NCBI GenBank assembly: GCA_009992215.1
Contig: JAACWB010000007.1
Span: forward strand, 1-57,811
From: an archaeon
GTDB taxonomy: Archaea; Nanobdellota; Nanobdellia; Pacearchaeales; GW2011-AR1
Direction: 5' to 3'
DNA length: 57,811 nt
The notes under the pieces are model-generated. The model searched no databases. It worked only from the letters and a program-made list of their open reading frames with translations, and was not told the DNA's origin. Below are positions 28,759 through 38,288 of this stretch, piece after piece (position 1 is the stretch's first letter; each line of letters begins with the position of its first letter). Both the position numbers and the translations under genes were made by a program.

Positions 28759-29613
28759 ATGGCAGTTGAGGTGATTTTTTTATTTGTTCTTGCATTAATT
28801 TGGATTATATTTGCAACTGTTGAAGATATTAGAACAAGGGAAATTGCTAATTGGTTGAATTTTAGTTTGGTTATTTTTGCACTCGGGTTTAGGTTTTTTT
28901 ATTCTCTTTTTGAATTAGGAAGCATGAATTTCTTTTATCAAGGATTAATTGGATATGGAATATTTTTTGTTCTTGGAAATTTATTTTATTATGGTAAAAT
29001 GTTTGCGGGAGGAGATGCAAAATTAATGGAGAGCCTTGGCGCGATTATTCCAATCTATAATAATTTTTATTCTAACCTAGAATTGTTTTTCTATTTTATT
29101 TTATTATTTTTATTTGTTGGTGCAATTTACGGATTTTTAGTTAGTGCATTTTATGGAATAAAGAATTTTTCAAGATTAAGAAAGGAGTTTAAGGTTCAGT
29201 TGGATAAGCATAGACAAAACATAATTATTGCGCTGGTTTTTGCATCTTTGTTTTTGATTATTGGATTCTTTTATTCGATGTTTTTTTATTTGGGATTGTT
29301 TGTTTTTATTTTGCCTTACTTTTATTTGTATGTGAAGTCTGTTGATGAAGCATGCATGATAAAAAATGTTTCTCCTTCTAAACTCACTCTTGGTGATTGG
29401 CTTTATGAAGATGTTAAAATTGGAAGAAAAAAGGTTAAGGCGACATGGGATGGCTTGACTTTGGAAGATATTGAATTACTCAAAAATAAAGAGAAAGTTT
29501 TGATTCGTTATGGAGTACAATTTGCTCCAGTATTTTTAATTAGTTTTATTTTATTATTTGTAACAGTTCAATTTGGATTTAGCTTTTCTTTTTTTAGTGC
29601 TTTTGGTTTTTAG
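28759..29613 (+). CDS. prepilin/preflagellin peptidase (A24 family, PibD/FlaK-like)
   Basis: EDIRTREIAN, GGDAKL catalytic Asp pair, C-terminal FAPVFL. Confidence 0.9.
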   Translation: MAVEVIFLFVLALIWIIFATVEDIRTREIANWLNFSLVIFALGFRFFYSLFELGSMNFFYQGLIGYGIFFVLGNLFYYGKMFAGGDAKLMESLGAIIPIYNNFYSNLELFFYFILLFLFVGAIYGFLVSAFYGIKNFSRLRKEFKVQLDKHRQNIIIALVFASLFLIIGFFYSMFFYLGLFVFILPYFYLYVKSVDEACMIKNVSPSKLTLGDWLYEDVKIGRKKVKATWDGLTLEDIELLKNKEKVLIRYGVQFAPVFLISFILLFVTVQFGFSFSFFSAFGF

Positions 29614-29620
29614 GTAATTT

Positions 29621-29705
29621 TTTAAAAAAATTTTTTCATTATTTCACGCGCCCGAATCGCAAAGTCGCGTCCCGCCACACCCTAATTACGAAAAAATTTT
29701 CTAAA
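29621..29705. repeat. C-tract-loop hairpin element, copy 5
   Basis: AAAATTTTTTC/GAAAAAATTTT stem around CGCGCCCGAAT...CGCGTCCCGCCACACCC-TAATTAC. Confidence 0.8.
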
Positions 29706-29750
29706 TGGAATTAAATTGAAAAGTTTCAAAGGTAAATAATTTATTGTATA

Positions 29751-30398
29751 TTAAGGCAACATTCTTTTTGGAATCCAAGCATCTTCTTTTATTTCTTCAC
29801 TTGATTTTTCCATTTCAATTTCTTTTGGTTTCTCTGGAAGAGTAATTTCCTTTGGTTTTGAATTTTCAATTTCTTCTTTTATTTTTTTTAATCCTTCAGG
29901 AGTTTCAGAATATCTTTCTGTTTCCATTGTTTCTACTGAATAAACTGGAAGAATATTAATTATTTCATGCCCCATTAAATTTCCATGGAAAACATCAACT
30001 CTTTGTGGCTTGAAAGCTTGAGTTAAATCAGATTTTATTTTTTCTTTTATTTCCTCTATTTCTTTAGGCAAATCACTTTCTTTTGATAAATGTTCTTTTG
30101 GAATAATCAAAGTGTGTCCTTTTGAAATTGGATTAATTTCAAGAATTGCAATTCCCTTTTCATTTTCTCCAATTTTTGTTGTTGGAATGTTTCCCGCAAT
30201 CATTTGACAAAAAATACAATTACTATTTTCTTCACCTTGTATTAATCCTTGTTTTTTTAAAAATTCTAGAAATTGTTCTTCATTCATTTCATTTATTTTC
30301 AAAATGAAATCATTTGCTTTTTGTTCATCATATTGGGTTTTTATTTGCTCAATTAGTTTTTCTTTTATATTTTTTAAATCTAATCCTGTGTCTGTCAT
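29751..30398 (-). CDS. HIT-family protein with degenerate histidine triad
   Basis: CIFC, EINPISKGHTLIIPKEH; HxHxH reduced to GHEIIN. Confidence 0.8.
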   Translation of the reverse strand: MTDTGLDLKNIKEKLIEQIKTQYDEQKANDFILKINEMNEEQFLEFLKKQGLIQGEENSNCIFCQMIAGNIPTTKIGENEKGIAILEINPISKGHTLIIPKEHLSKESDLPKEIEEIKEKIKSDLTQAFKPQRVDVFHGNLMGHEIINILPVYSVETMETERYSETPEGLKKIKEEIENSKPKEITLPEKPKEIEMEKSSEEIKEDAWIPKRMLP

Positions 30399-30430
30399 GT
30401 ATTTGTTAAGAAAAAATTATTAATAAAGAT

Positions 30431-31009
30431 TTAGTTAGAATTATTCTTCGGATAAGAGTAGAAAAAATATAATTTTTCCTTTTCTTTTTTATTATTAAAG
30501 AAAACTCTCCATGCAAAATGAGTTGGTTTTTGATTTTTTCTTAAAGTGTTCTTTATTTGGACAGGTAGTGCTTTAAATGATTGTTTTATTGGCATAAAAC
30601 TAGTCAAACTAATTGTCATTATTGTTGTTGAAAATAAAAAGAATTCTAAGAAATTGTTGAATTTAATCTCGTGAAATGTTATCTCTTCCTCTAATTTCTT
30701 GTATTCTTCAAATTCTTTTTTCTTTCTTAAATTTAATTTTTTTATTTTATTAAATATTTTTTTTGCTTCATTTTGTGTCAATTTAGGTTTTATGTTTTGC
30801 AATAAAACTATTTTTTGTATCATTATTAGTGAAATAAAAAAGACAATTAACAGGATTGTTGCAAATATTAATTTATCTAAGACTCTTATTTGAAAAAGAG
30901 AGGTTTCTCTTATCCAGTATATTGGAACATAAAGAAATAGTATTGAAAGAACATATACTGCAGATAGTTCTAGCACATCATTTGCTTTCTCAACAAATTT
31001 TTTATCCAT
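30431..31009 (-). CDS. hypothetical membrane protein
   Basis: Three hydrophobic segments. Confidence 0.5.
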   Translation of the reverse strand: MDKKFVEKANDVLELSAVYVLSILFLYVPIYWIRETSLFQIRVLDKLIFATILLIVFFISLIMIQKIVLLQNIKPKLTQNEAKKIFNKIKKLNLRKKKEFEEYKKLEEEITFHEIKFNNFLEFFLFSTTIMTISLTSFMPIKQSFKALPVQIKNTLRKNQKPTHFAWRVFFNNKKEKEKLYFFYSYPKNNSN

Positions 31010-31083
31010 GGCTTACCTAAGGGGACTTATTTAATAAAGATTTAGTTAAAAAAATAAAATAAAATTAGAAAAAATTTGTGAAT

Positions 31084-31356
31084 TTATGCGATTTTTCTTT
31101 GATCGATTAGTTCACATGAAGCAACACCTTCGATTGAAGCGAATTTTTCTTCTAATGGTTCGATGTCTTGGTCATCTGGATAGAAGAAAAATACAATTAC
31201 TGCTTTTAATCCGAATGCAATCGGTTGAACTTCGTATTCTTTGTTTGTTCCTCCGAATTCTTCTACAATCTTTTTTGCAGCTTCTTCAATTGCACCTAAA
31301 TCTACTTCTGGAGATTCGGGCATCAATTTGTATTTAGCACCATTTATTCCTGCCAT
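31084..31356 (-). CDS. ef1b: translation elongation factor aEF-1beta
   Basis: MPESPEVDL, PIAFGLKA. Confidence 0.93.
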   Translation of the reverse strand: MAGINGAKYKLMPESPEVDLGAIEEAAKKIVEEFGGTNKEYEVQPIAFGLKAVIVFFFYPDDQDIEPLEEKFASIEGVASCELIDQRKIA

Positions 31357-31457
31357 ATTTTTGTTTGGTTAAATTAGTTTATAAAATTTGGGATTGATTC
31401 TGTTATCTCTCAAAAAAGTTACATAATCCTTAAAAAGAAAAGAAAATTATTTGTCTT

Positions 31458-32378
31458 ATGGAAGGAAATTATAATAAAATTTTAGAAAAGGTGGGAAAGA
31501 TTTCTGGAATTGAGCATGATGAACTTGAACGACGTGTTGAAGCAAAGAGGGCAAAACTTTCTGGTTTAATTTCTAAAGAAGGTGCGCTTCAAGTAATTGC
31601 GGCTGAACTTGGAATTTCATTTGATCATGAGAAATTAAAAATTAATGAACTTTTACCTGGAATGAGGAAGGTTAATTTTACGGGACAGGTAGTTACAATT
31701 TATCCAATTAGAGAATATACAACAAAATCAGGAGATGTTGGAAAAGTAGCCAATATGATTGTTGCTGATGACACATCAAACATTAAGGTTGTTTTATGGG
31801 ATACAAATCATATTCAATTATTGGAGTCTGGAAATGTTAAAGAAGGAGTTTCAATTGAAATTGCTTCAGGTAGCATGAGAGACAACGAAGTTCATTTAGG
31901 TAGTTTTTCTGAATTTAGCGTTAGTTCAGAAGTATTTTCAAATATTCAAACTGAAAAACAAATCAAGAAGAAGACAATTGATGAATTCTCTCCGGGGGAC
32001 ACTGTAAAAACAAGAGCTTTTATTGTTCAGGCGTTTGATCCTAGATTTTATGAAGCGAATGTTGAAACTGGAAAGAAGATTACTGAAGAGGAACTTGCAA
32101 ATGGTGTTCCAAGTGAAAAGAAAGCTATTTTGAATGTTGTGATTGATGACGGGACTGACACAATTCGTGCAGTTATGTTTCATGAGAATGTTCAAAAGAT
32201 TGGACTTACAGAATATGATAATTCTGAATTAATGACAGAACAAAGACAAGGGTTAATTGGAAAGGAATTTTATTTTATTGGTCCAATAAAGAGAAATAGT
32301 TATATGAATAATTACGAACTTGCAGTTAATTCTGTTGAGGAAGTTGAGACGGATAAACTTCTTCTCGAACTAGAGTAA
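31458..32378 (+). CDS. replication protein A-like OB-fold ssDNA-binding protein (DUF2240 N-terminus)
   Basis: LSGLISKEGAL..IAAELG, ADDTSNIKVVLWD, DDGTDTIRAV. Confidence 0.85.
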   Translation: MEGNYNKILEKVGKISGIEHDELERRVEAKRAKLSGLISKEGALQVIAAELGISFDHEKLKINELLPGMRKVNFTGQVVTIYPIREYTTKSGDVGKVANMIVADDTSNIKVVLWDTNHIQLLESGNVKEGVSIEIASGSMRDNEVHLGSFSEFSVSSEVFSNIQTEKQIKKKTIDEFSPGDTVKTRAFIVQAFDPRFYEANVETGKKITEEELANGVPSEKKAILNVVIDDGTDTIRAVMFHENVQKIGLTEYDNSELMTEQRQGLIGKEFYFIGPIKRNSYMNNYELAVNSVEEVETDKLLLELE

Positions 32379-32481
32379 TTTTGTTTATTTTTGGTTTATA
32401 CTTTGTTATTTCCTTACTCGTTTACAGAAAGTAAACAACGCAAGAAAATACCTTGTCTAAACACAAAAATAATTCAAAATT
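32377..32481 (+). repeat. 105-bp hairpin element, copy 2 (TTTAC-core subtype)
   Basis: Conserved ends; core GTTTAC-AGAAA-GTAAAC; overlaps the RPA stop codon. Confidence 0.9.
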
Positions 32482-32523
32482 GGGAAAAGAAAGTTTTTTT
32501 AACTGTTTTAGTTAGATAAAGAA

Positions 32524-32838
32524 ATGAGTAGTTTGGAAAATTTAACTGAACAAGAAGCAATTGATTTAATGTGTTTGATGTTAAGGAAATGCAATTATGA
32601 TGTACAAGAATTAAATTCTCAAATGGATGCAAATTTTGTGAAGGAGGAATTAATGGATAAAGCAAAAGAAATTTATTCTTCCCAAAACTTTTCTAAAAAA
32701 GATAAGAATTATGTTTTATCAAAAGCGAAAGAATATTTTGAATTATTGAAAGATATTGGTAATAATTTTGATAAAGCAAATGAAATACAAGAAGAAATAA
32801 TTGAATATCTTTCTAATTTGAATTTATCCCAAAAATAA
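32524..32838 (+). CDS. hypothetical protein
   Basis: 104-aa ORF whose stop lies in a solo right end of the hairpin element. Confidence 0.55.
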   Translation: MSSLENLTEQEAIDLMCLMLRKCNYDVQELNSQMDANFVKEELMDKAKEIYSSQNFSKKDKNYVLSKAKEYFELLKDIGNNFDKANEIQEEIIEYLSNLNLSQK

Positions 32839-32887
32839 TTCAAATTGGGATTGAAAGATTTTTAATAAATAAAACATTCTTACTACC

Positions 32888-33337
32888 ATGTTATTTTGGA
32901 CACATTTACTTGTTGGGTTGTTTGGAATTTTAGTTTATCTTCCATATTCAGAGAATAAAGTTATCTTTTTTGTTGTTGCATTGGCTGCGTCGGTTTTAGC
33001 GGATATCGATTCACCAACTTCAAAACTTGGACGGAAGTTTTCTTCGAGAGTTTTATTTGCATTTAGTAAACACAGGGGATTTTTACATAGTTTAACTTTT
33101 ATGTTTCTTGTTTATTTAATTTTGAAATTTACTCTTCCTATTTTTGCTTTTCCTTTCTTATTTGGATATTCAATTCATTTATTTTTGGATATTTTTACAG
33201 TTCAAGGAATTAAATTGTTTTGGCCCTTCAAATTCAGGTTAAGAGGTTTTGTTAAAAGTGGAAAATTAATTGAATTATTTTTAATGATTTTATTTTTGAT
33301 TTTAGATTGTTTTATGTTCGTTGTTAGAATTATTTAA
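32888..33337 (+). CDS. membrane-bound metal-dependent hydrolase (YdjM family)
   Basis: TH, ADID, HRGFLHS, HLFLD. Confidence 0.88.
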   Translation: MLFWTHLLVGLFGILVYLPYSENKVIFFVVALAASVLADIDSPTSKLGRKFSSRVLFAFSKHRGFLHSLTFMFLVYLILKFTLPIFAFPFLFGYSIHLFLDIFTVQGIKLFWPFKFRLRGFVKSGKLIELFLMILFLILDCFMFVVRII

Positions 33338-33350
33338 TATATTTATTATA

Positions 33351-33420
33351 TTCGCGCCCGAATGATTTGAAACGCGCCCACCACCCCCTCCTCCGCCCAA
33401 TACCAAAATTTATTTTTTTA
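33351..33420. repeat. C-tract-loop element, copy 6
   Basis: TTCGCGCCCGAATG...CGCGCCCACCACCCCCTCCTCCGCCC-AATACCAAAATTTATTTT; left stem weak. Confidence 0.75.
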
Positions 33421-33540
33421 AAAATTAAGTGGAAAAGAAATTCTTTTTGTTCTTGTTATTTAGTAGTAAATGTCGTCGATATTTTGATTTATATTTTCTA
33501 GCGATATAAAATTTATAAAGTAAGTAAGTATTTTTTCTTT

Positions 33541-34599
33541 ATGGTTAGTAGAAAAGAAGTCGAAGAGATTAAAGAAGCTATTTCTCCTGAAGAAGATATT
33601 GATGAAAAAATTACAAAGAAAAAATCTGTGAAGAAGAAAGAAGAAAAGGAAAAAGAACCTGAATTAACCGATTTACCTGGAATCGGTCCTGCTGTTGCTA
33701 GTAAACTTGAGAGTGCTGGAATTTTTGATTTGATGAGCCTAGCAGTAATGAGTCCTGCTGCACTTGGTGATGCTGCTGGATTAGGGGCTGCTGCAGCAAG
33801 AAAAGCTATTTTAGCTGCAAGAGACATGCTTGACTTGGGTTTTAGTGATGGAGTAGAATTTGCAAAAAAAAGGGCTGATGTAACGTATATAACGACAGGG
33901 AGTAAAAATTTAGACGAACTCCTGGGCGGAAGGGGGATTGAATCAAAAGCTATAACGGAAGCTTTTGGTGCGTTTGGTTCTGGTAAAACTCAATTAGGTT
34001 TGAGTTTGGCTGTTAATGTACAATTGCCTTTGGAAAAAGGCGGTTCAGCTGGGAAAGCTGTTTACATTGACACAGAAGGAACTTTCAGGCCAAGCAGGAT
34101 TAGACAAATTGCCGAAGGCATTGGAGCTAATCCTGAAATGGTTTTGAAAAATATTTTAGTTGCAAGAGCGTTTAATAGTGATCATCAAATGCTTTTATTA
34201 GAAAAGGTAACTGAAATGGCAAAGAAGGGAGAACCAATTAAGATTGTGATAATTGATTCACTTACAGCTCATTTTAGGGCAGAATATTCTGGTCGTGGTC
34301 AACTTGCTGATAGACAACAAAAACTTAATCGTTATATGCATGAATTAATGAAACTTGCTGAATCTTGTAATTTGGCAGTTTATGTTACAAATCAAGTTAT
34401 GGCAAACCCTGCGCAATTGTTTGGGGACCCGACAACTGCAATTGGGGGAAATATTGTTGGGCACGCTTCAACTTATAGAATGTATTTACGTCGTGCTAAA
34501 CAAGGTAGCCGTGTTGCAAAATTAATTGACAGTCCAAATTTACCTGACGGAGAAGCGGTTTATTTTGTTAATGATGGTGGAGTCAGTGACAAAGCTTAA
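33541..34599 (+). CDS. radA: DNA repair and recombination protein RadA
   Basis: HhH LPGIGP, GAFGSGKTQ, YIDTEGTFRP, LADRQQKL, GGNIVGH. Confidence 0.97.
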   Translation: MVSRKEVEEIKEAISPEEDIDEKITKKKSVKKKEEKEKEPELTDLPGIGPAVASKLESAGIFDLMSLAVMSPAALGDAAGLGAAAARKAILAARDMLDLGFSDGVEFAKKRADVTYITTGSKNLDELLGGRGIESKAITEAFGAFGSGKTQLGLSLAVNVQLPLEKGGSAGKAVYIDTEGTFRPSRIRQIAEGIGANPEMVLKNILVARAFNSDHQMLLLEKVTEMAKKGEPIKIVIIDSLTAHFRAEYSGRGQLADRQQKLNRYMHELMKLAESCNLAVYVTNQVMANPAQLFGDPTTAIGGNIVGHASTYRMYLRRAKQGSRVAKLIDSPNLPDGEAVYFVNDGGVSDKA

Positions 34600-34601
34600 G
34601 T

Positions 34602-34707
34602 AATTTTGTTTCTTTTTGGTTATTTTGAAATGTTCTACTTACGAACACGTACCAAAGTACGCGTTGTAAGTTGAAATTCCAAACTAATTCAAAAATAATT
34701 CAAAATT
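34602..34707 (+). repeat. 106-bp hairpin element, copy 3 (GTAC-core subtype)
   Basis: Conserved ends; core ACTTAC-G-AAC-ACGTAC-CAAA-GTACGC-GTT-GTAAGT. Confidence 0.9.
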
Positions 34708-34756
34708 GGTTTTAGAGAATAATAATTCTTAAATAGGTTGTTTTGTTTTGTTTATT

Positions 34757-34978
34757 ATGAATTTGAATGAGATATGGCAATATTTTTTTGGAAAAAGGGA
34801 AAGTAATTTTGAAAGATATAAAAAAATAAGTATTTTTCCTCGTGAACCAACGATTAAGGATCCTTATGTTGGGAGGTTAAGTTCTTTGGGCGCATTATAT
34901 AAAAAAATTTATGGTGTAGAATATATTTCAAATCCTATTGAATTAAATAAAGGATTAGAAAAAGAAGTTAAAAAATAA
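34757..34978 (+). CDS. hypothetical small protein
   Basis: Short ORF with an upstream TATA-like box. Confidence 0.45.
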   Translation: MNLNEIWQYFFGKRESNFERYKKISIFPREPTIKDPYVGRLSSLGALYKKIYGVEYISNPIELNKGLEKEVKK

Positions 34979-35431
34979 TTATTCAATTAATTCTTCAGAG
35001 TTAAACCACAATGAAGTTTCTCTTTCTCCAGATTCAGGAGAGTCTGAAGCGTGAATTACATTTTCAAAGCAATCATTTGTAGGATTAATTCTTCCGAATC
35101 TTCCACGAAGTGTTTCATTTCCTGCTTCGTATGGATTTGTTTTTCCAGCAAGTGTTCTTACTTTTGTTATGGCATCTTCGCCTTTATAGCAAATTGCGAT
35201 AACATTTTCATTTCCATGTAATTCTCCTGTAATGTGTTTTATTAATTTTTCAACAAATGGTTTTCCTTTGTGTTCTTCATAATGAAGTTCCGCCAGTTCT
35301 CTTTTTACATTTACTAATTTTAGCCCAATCATTTTCAAATTAAGTCTTGCAAGTTCTTGCATAATTTGGCCGTATAAATTTTTAATCATTGCATCAGGTT
35401 TAATTAAAACTAAAACTTTTTCTTGTGTCAT
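34979..35431 (-). CDS. ndk: nucleoside-diphosphate kinase
   Basis: IKPDA, HYEEHKGKPF, NVIHASDS. Confidence 0.96.
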   Translation of the reverse strand: MTQEKVLVLIKPDAMIKNLYGQIMQELARLNLKMIGLKLVNVKRELAELHYEEHKGKPFVEKLIKHITGELHGNENVIAICYKGEDAITKVRTLAGKTNPYEAGNETLRGRFGRINPTNDCFENVIHASDSPESGERETSLWFNSEELIE

Positions 35432-35763
35432 TTTTTATTTTGCTCCTTAATCAATTTTGTTTTAAGTTTAATTATTTCTTTTTCGTTGTGTGCGGAACTG
35501 TTCATTCTTATTTTGAAAAATAAACTTACTGTTTCAAGAAGTATTCCCACCCCCATTAAAATGTAAGCTGATGTGAAAATTTTTCCTGCTATTGTTTGTG
35601 GCGTGAAATCTCCATAACCTACAGTTGTCAATGTAACTACAGACATATAAAATGCATCAATGATATTTATTTTTTCAACTAAGTGATAAAAAACTGTTCC
35701 CCCAACTATAAATCCAAGAACAATTAACAACATTATTCTTAGTCTTTTTTTTAGTCTTTTCAT
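35428..35763 (-). CDS. 2-TM potassium channel pore protein
   Basis: TLTTVGYGDFTP selectivity filter. Confidence 0.92.
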   Translation of the reverse strand: MKRLKKRLRIMLLIVLGFIVGGTVFYHLVEKINIIDAFYMSVVTLTTVGYGDFTPQTIAGKIFTSAYILMGVGILLETVSLFFKIRMNSSAHNEKEIIKLKTKLIKEQNKK

Positions 35764-35874
35764 TAATTGTTAAAAGAAATTAGCCTTTTTTAATTTATTG
35801 AAATTATTTCTTTTTTCTTTAGTCTAGTAAGATTTAAAAAATCAGATTTATTTGTGTAGATAGTGATTTAAGAA

Positions 35875-37110
35875 ATGGAACTAAGTGTAAACATCGTTAT
35901 ATTATGTCTTCTTATTGTTTTTTCGGCAATATTTTCTGGAATGGAAACTGCATTAATGGCGGTTAGCCGTGTTAAGATTAATTCTTTAGTTGAACAAAAA
36001 AAGAAAGGAGCTCTCGCTCTTCAGAGAATAAAAAATAAAACACATAAGTTAATTATAACAATTCTTATTGGAAATAATTTAATTAATATTAGTGCCGCTG
36101 CTCTTGCAACAGTTACTTTTTCTCAATTATTTGGATCAAATGGTGTTGGAATGGCAACTGGAATTATGACTTTTATGATTTTAGTTTTTGGGGAAATTGC
36201 TCCAAAGACTTTCGCTTCACAAAACGCTGTTAAAGTTTCTCTTAAAGTTGCAAGACCACTTGAAATTTTAATGAAAATTTTATCTCCTTTGGTTTGGTTT
36301 TTTGAGAAAATAACAGGATTTGTTACAAAACTTTCTGGAGGAAAGAAAAAGGAAGAAATTTCTGAAGAAGATTTGAAATCATTTTTATCTATGGGGCGTA
36401 AGGAAGGGGTTTTAGATAAAGACGAAGCTGAAATGATGCATAATATTTTGGAGTTTAAGGATACAAAAGTAGTTGATGTGATGACTTACGAAGATGAAAT
36501 TGAAATGATTGATGGAAACAAAACTATTCAAGATGTTTTGGAATTTATTGTAAAGTCGCCTTTTTCTCGTTATCCAATTTATTTGAATGAAAGAGATAAT
36601 GTTATTGGAATTGTTGATGTTGATGATGTACTTAGAGCTTTACACGAAAAAAAGACAAGGAGAAAAATTAAAACAATTGCAAAAGATGTTTTGTTTGTTC
36701 CAGAATCAAAAGAAGTTGATGAATTACTTAGTGAATTAGATAAACGTAACGAGAAAATTGCTCTTGTTGTAAATGAATATGGGGACGTTATTGGTTTTGT
36801 AAGTATTGAAGATATTTTAGAAGAAATTGTTGGAGATGTTTTTGATAAGAGTCGTCGTAGAAGTGCTTATTTAACAAAGATAAATGAAAGACTTTTTAGA
36901 ACTAAAGCTAAAATTCCCTTGGAAGAATTGAATAAAATATTGGAAACAAATTTAGAATCTGAAACTTCAAATACTCTTGGAGGATTTATCCAAGAGAAAT
37001 TAGGAAAAATTCCAAACAAAGGAGACAAAATAAAATATAAAAAATTTATTTTTGAAGTTGAGAAAGCTAGTCGGAAGGGGATTGAATTTGTTAAAATAAT
37101 AAAAGGGTAA
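35875..37110 (+). CDS. CNNM/CorB hemolysin-family protein (DUF21, CBS and CorC domains)
   Basis: FSGMETA, ILIGNN, FGEIAPK, FSRYPIY, EDILEEIVG. Confidence 0.93.
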   Translation: MELSVNIVILCLLIVFSAIFSGMETALMAVSRVKINSLVEQKKKGALALQRIKNKTHKLIITILIGNNLINISAAALATVTFSQLFGSNGVGMATGIMTFMILVFGEIAPKTFASQNAVKVSLKVARPLEILMKILSPLVWFFEKITGFVTKLSGGKKKEEISEEDLKSFLSMGRKEGVLDKDEAEMMHNILEFKDTKVVDVMTYEDEIEMIDGNKTIQDVLEFIVKSPFSRYPIYLNERDNVIGIVDVDDVLRALHEKKTRRKIKTIAKDVLFVPESKEVDELLSELDKRNEKIALVVNEYGDVIGFVSIEDILEEIVGDVFDKSRRRSAYLTKINERLFRTKAKIPLEELNKILETNLESETSNTLGGFIQEKLGKIPNKGDKIKYKKFIFEVEKASRKGIEFVKIIKG

Positions 37111-37214
37111 TTTTGTTTCTTTTTGGTTATTTTAAAATGTTGAAACGACGAACACGTACCGAAGTACGCGTTGTCGATTGAAATTTTAAACTAATTCAAA
37201 AATAATTCAAAATT
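37109..37214 (+). repeat. 106-bp hairpin element, copy 4 (GTAC-core subtype)
   Basis: Conserved ends; core CGAC-G-AAC-ACGTAC-CGAA-GTACGC-GTT-GTCG; overlaps the stop codon. Confidence 0.9.
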
Positions 37215-37227
37215 ATATAAATTAATT

Positions 37228-37371
37228 TTACTTGAAAAATCTGTTATCGCTTTTTGGGGCGTCTTTAATTTTTATAAATTTGTAGTGTGCATCAAGAGTT
37301 TTTCCAGTACATTTTGGACAGATTTCTTTTAAGGTATATTTTTTACAATTTGGGCATTTTCTTAGTTTCAT
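37228..37371 (-). CDS. nop10: Nop10 H/ACA RNP zinc-ribbon protein (47 aa, not in ORF track)
   Basis: MKLRKCPNCKKYTLKEICPKCTGKTLDAHYKF; downstream of aIF2-alpha, as in other archaea. Confidence 0.85.
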   Translation of the reverse strand: MKLRKCPNCKKYTLKEICPKCTGKTLDAHYKFIKIKDAPKSDNRFFK

Positions 37372-37419
37372 ATGTTTTGTAATATAAATTTATTTAAATT
37401 AGTTTTGTATTAACATTTA

Positions 37420-37827
37420 ATGGCAATTAGTAAATTTCCTCTTGGTTCAGAAATTAAAAAACTTGAAGATATTTTAGAATTAACTTTGCTAAAAGAAGGA
37501 GATAGGGTTTTGATATATTATAATGAAGCTGTTAATGAAGGTCCTACAAGGAATAGCAATATTGCTCCTGATTTAGTTTATGGAGATTATAAAAATTTTG
37601 ATATGAAATTTCCAGGTTATGGGGGAATTACTCTTACTGATTCTCTGGAATTAGATGTTAAATTTAGAAAGATAAATGAACAAACAATTAATTTCTTAGA
37701 AAACTTAAGACAATCCAAAATATTTGATATAAATAAAGAAAAACATCATTATATAAATGGTTTTTATAATTCTCCAAATGCTTTTGGAATTTATTTGATA
37801 AGAAAAGATATTAATACGTCTAAATAA
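37420..37827 (+). CDS. hypothetical protein
   Basis: 135-aa ORF, no motif recognised. Confidence 0.55.
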   Translation: MAISKFPLGSEIKKLEDILELTLLKEGDRVLIYYNEAVNEGPTRNSNIAPDLVYGDYKNFDMKFPGYGGITLTDSLELDVKFRKINEQTINFLENLRQSKIFDINKEKHHYINGFYNSPNAFGIYLIRKDINTSK

Positions 37828-37837
37828 TTTTTTAAGA

Positions 37838-38245
37838 TTATTCTAAATTAGTAATATATTCATGAAGTCTTGAAGGTAATTCAACGCCGAGTTTTTCTTC
37901 TACTTCACTAGGTTTAACCCAAAGTAATTCAGTTATTTTTCCGCCCGGTGTTACTTCTCCTTCTCTTATTTCACAAAGGAAATGAATCTTTAGTTTTTCG
38001 TTATTTTTTAGCATGTTTTCAGCGTAAACTGCACCTAAATTATGCACAGTACATCCAGTTGTTTCTTTAATTGTTCTCTTTAAGCATTTATCCAGTTCTT
38101 CTTCGTGTGTTAAGTCTCCTTCGATAAAAGAATAATGGTCTTCATTGTCTAATCTTCCTACAAGTACTTTTCTTGTTGATGTATCAAAGATTATTCCTAC
38201 AATTTTTACATAAAATTTCTCTTTTTCCATAGAATTATTTATCAT
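37838..38245 (-). CDS. NUDIX hydrolase (degenerate box)
   Basis: EG.L..EE....CLKRTIKETTG. Confidence 0.75.
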   Translation of the reverse strand: MINNSMEKEKFYVKIVGIIFDTSTRKVLVGRLDNEDHYSFIEGDLTHEEELDKCLKRTIKETTGCTVHNLGAVYAENMLKNNEKLKIHFLCEIREGEVTPGGKITELLWVKPSEVEEKLGVELPSRLHEYITNLE

Positions 38246-38288
38246 TTTTCCTTTTTAAGGATTTATGTTCCTTTTAGAGGGAAGAAAA

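Noticed and set aside
14947-29613. Archaellum (fla/arl) operon
   Set aside because: No recognisable FlaH/ArlH, FlaF/G or archaellin N-terminal consensus (GIGTLIVFIA)
37291-37307. 17-nt identity (ATCAAGAGTTTTTCCAG) with guaB at 7701, a possible antisense or guide sequence
   Set aside because: Both encode GKTLD on the minus strand (nop10 and guaB); coincidental coding match
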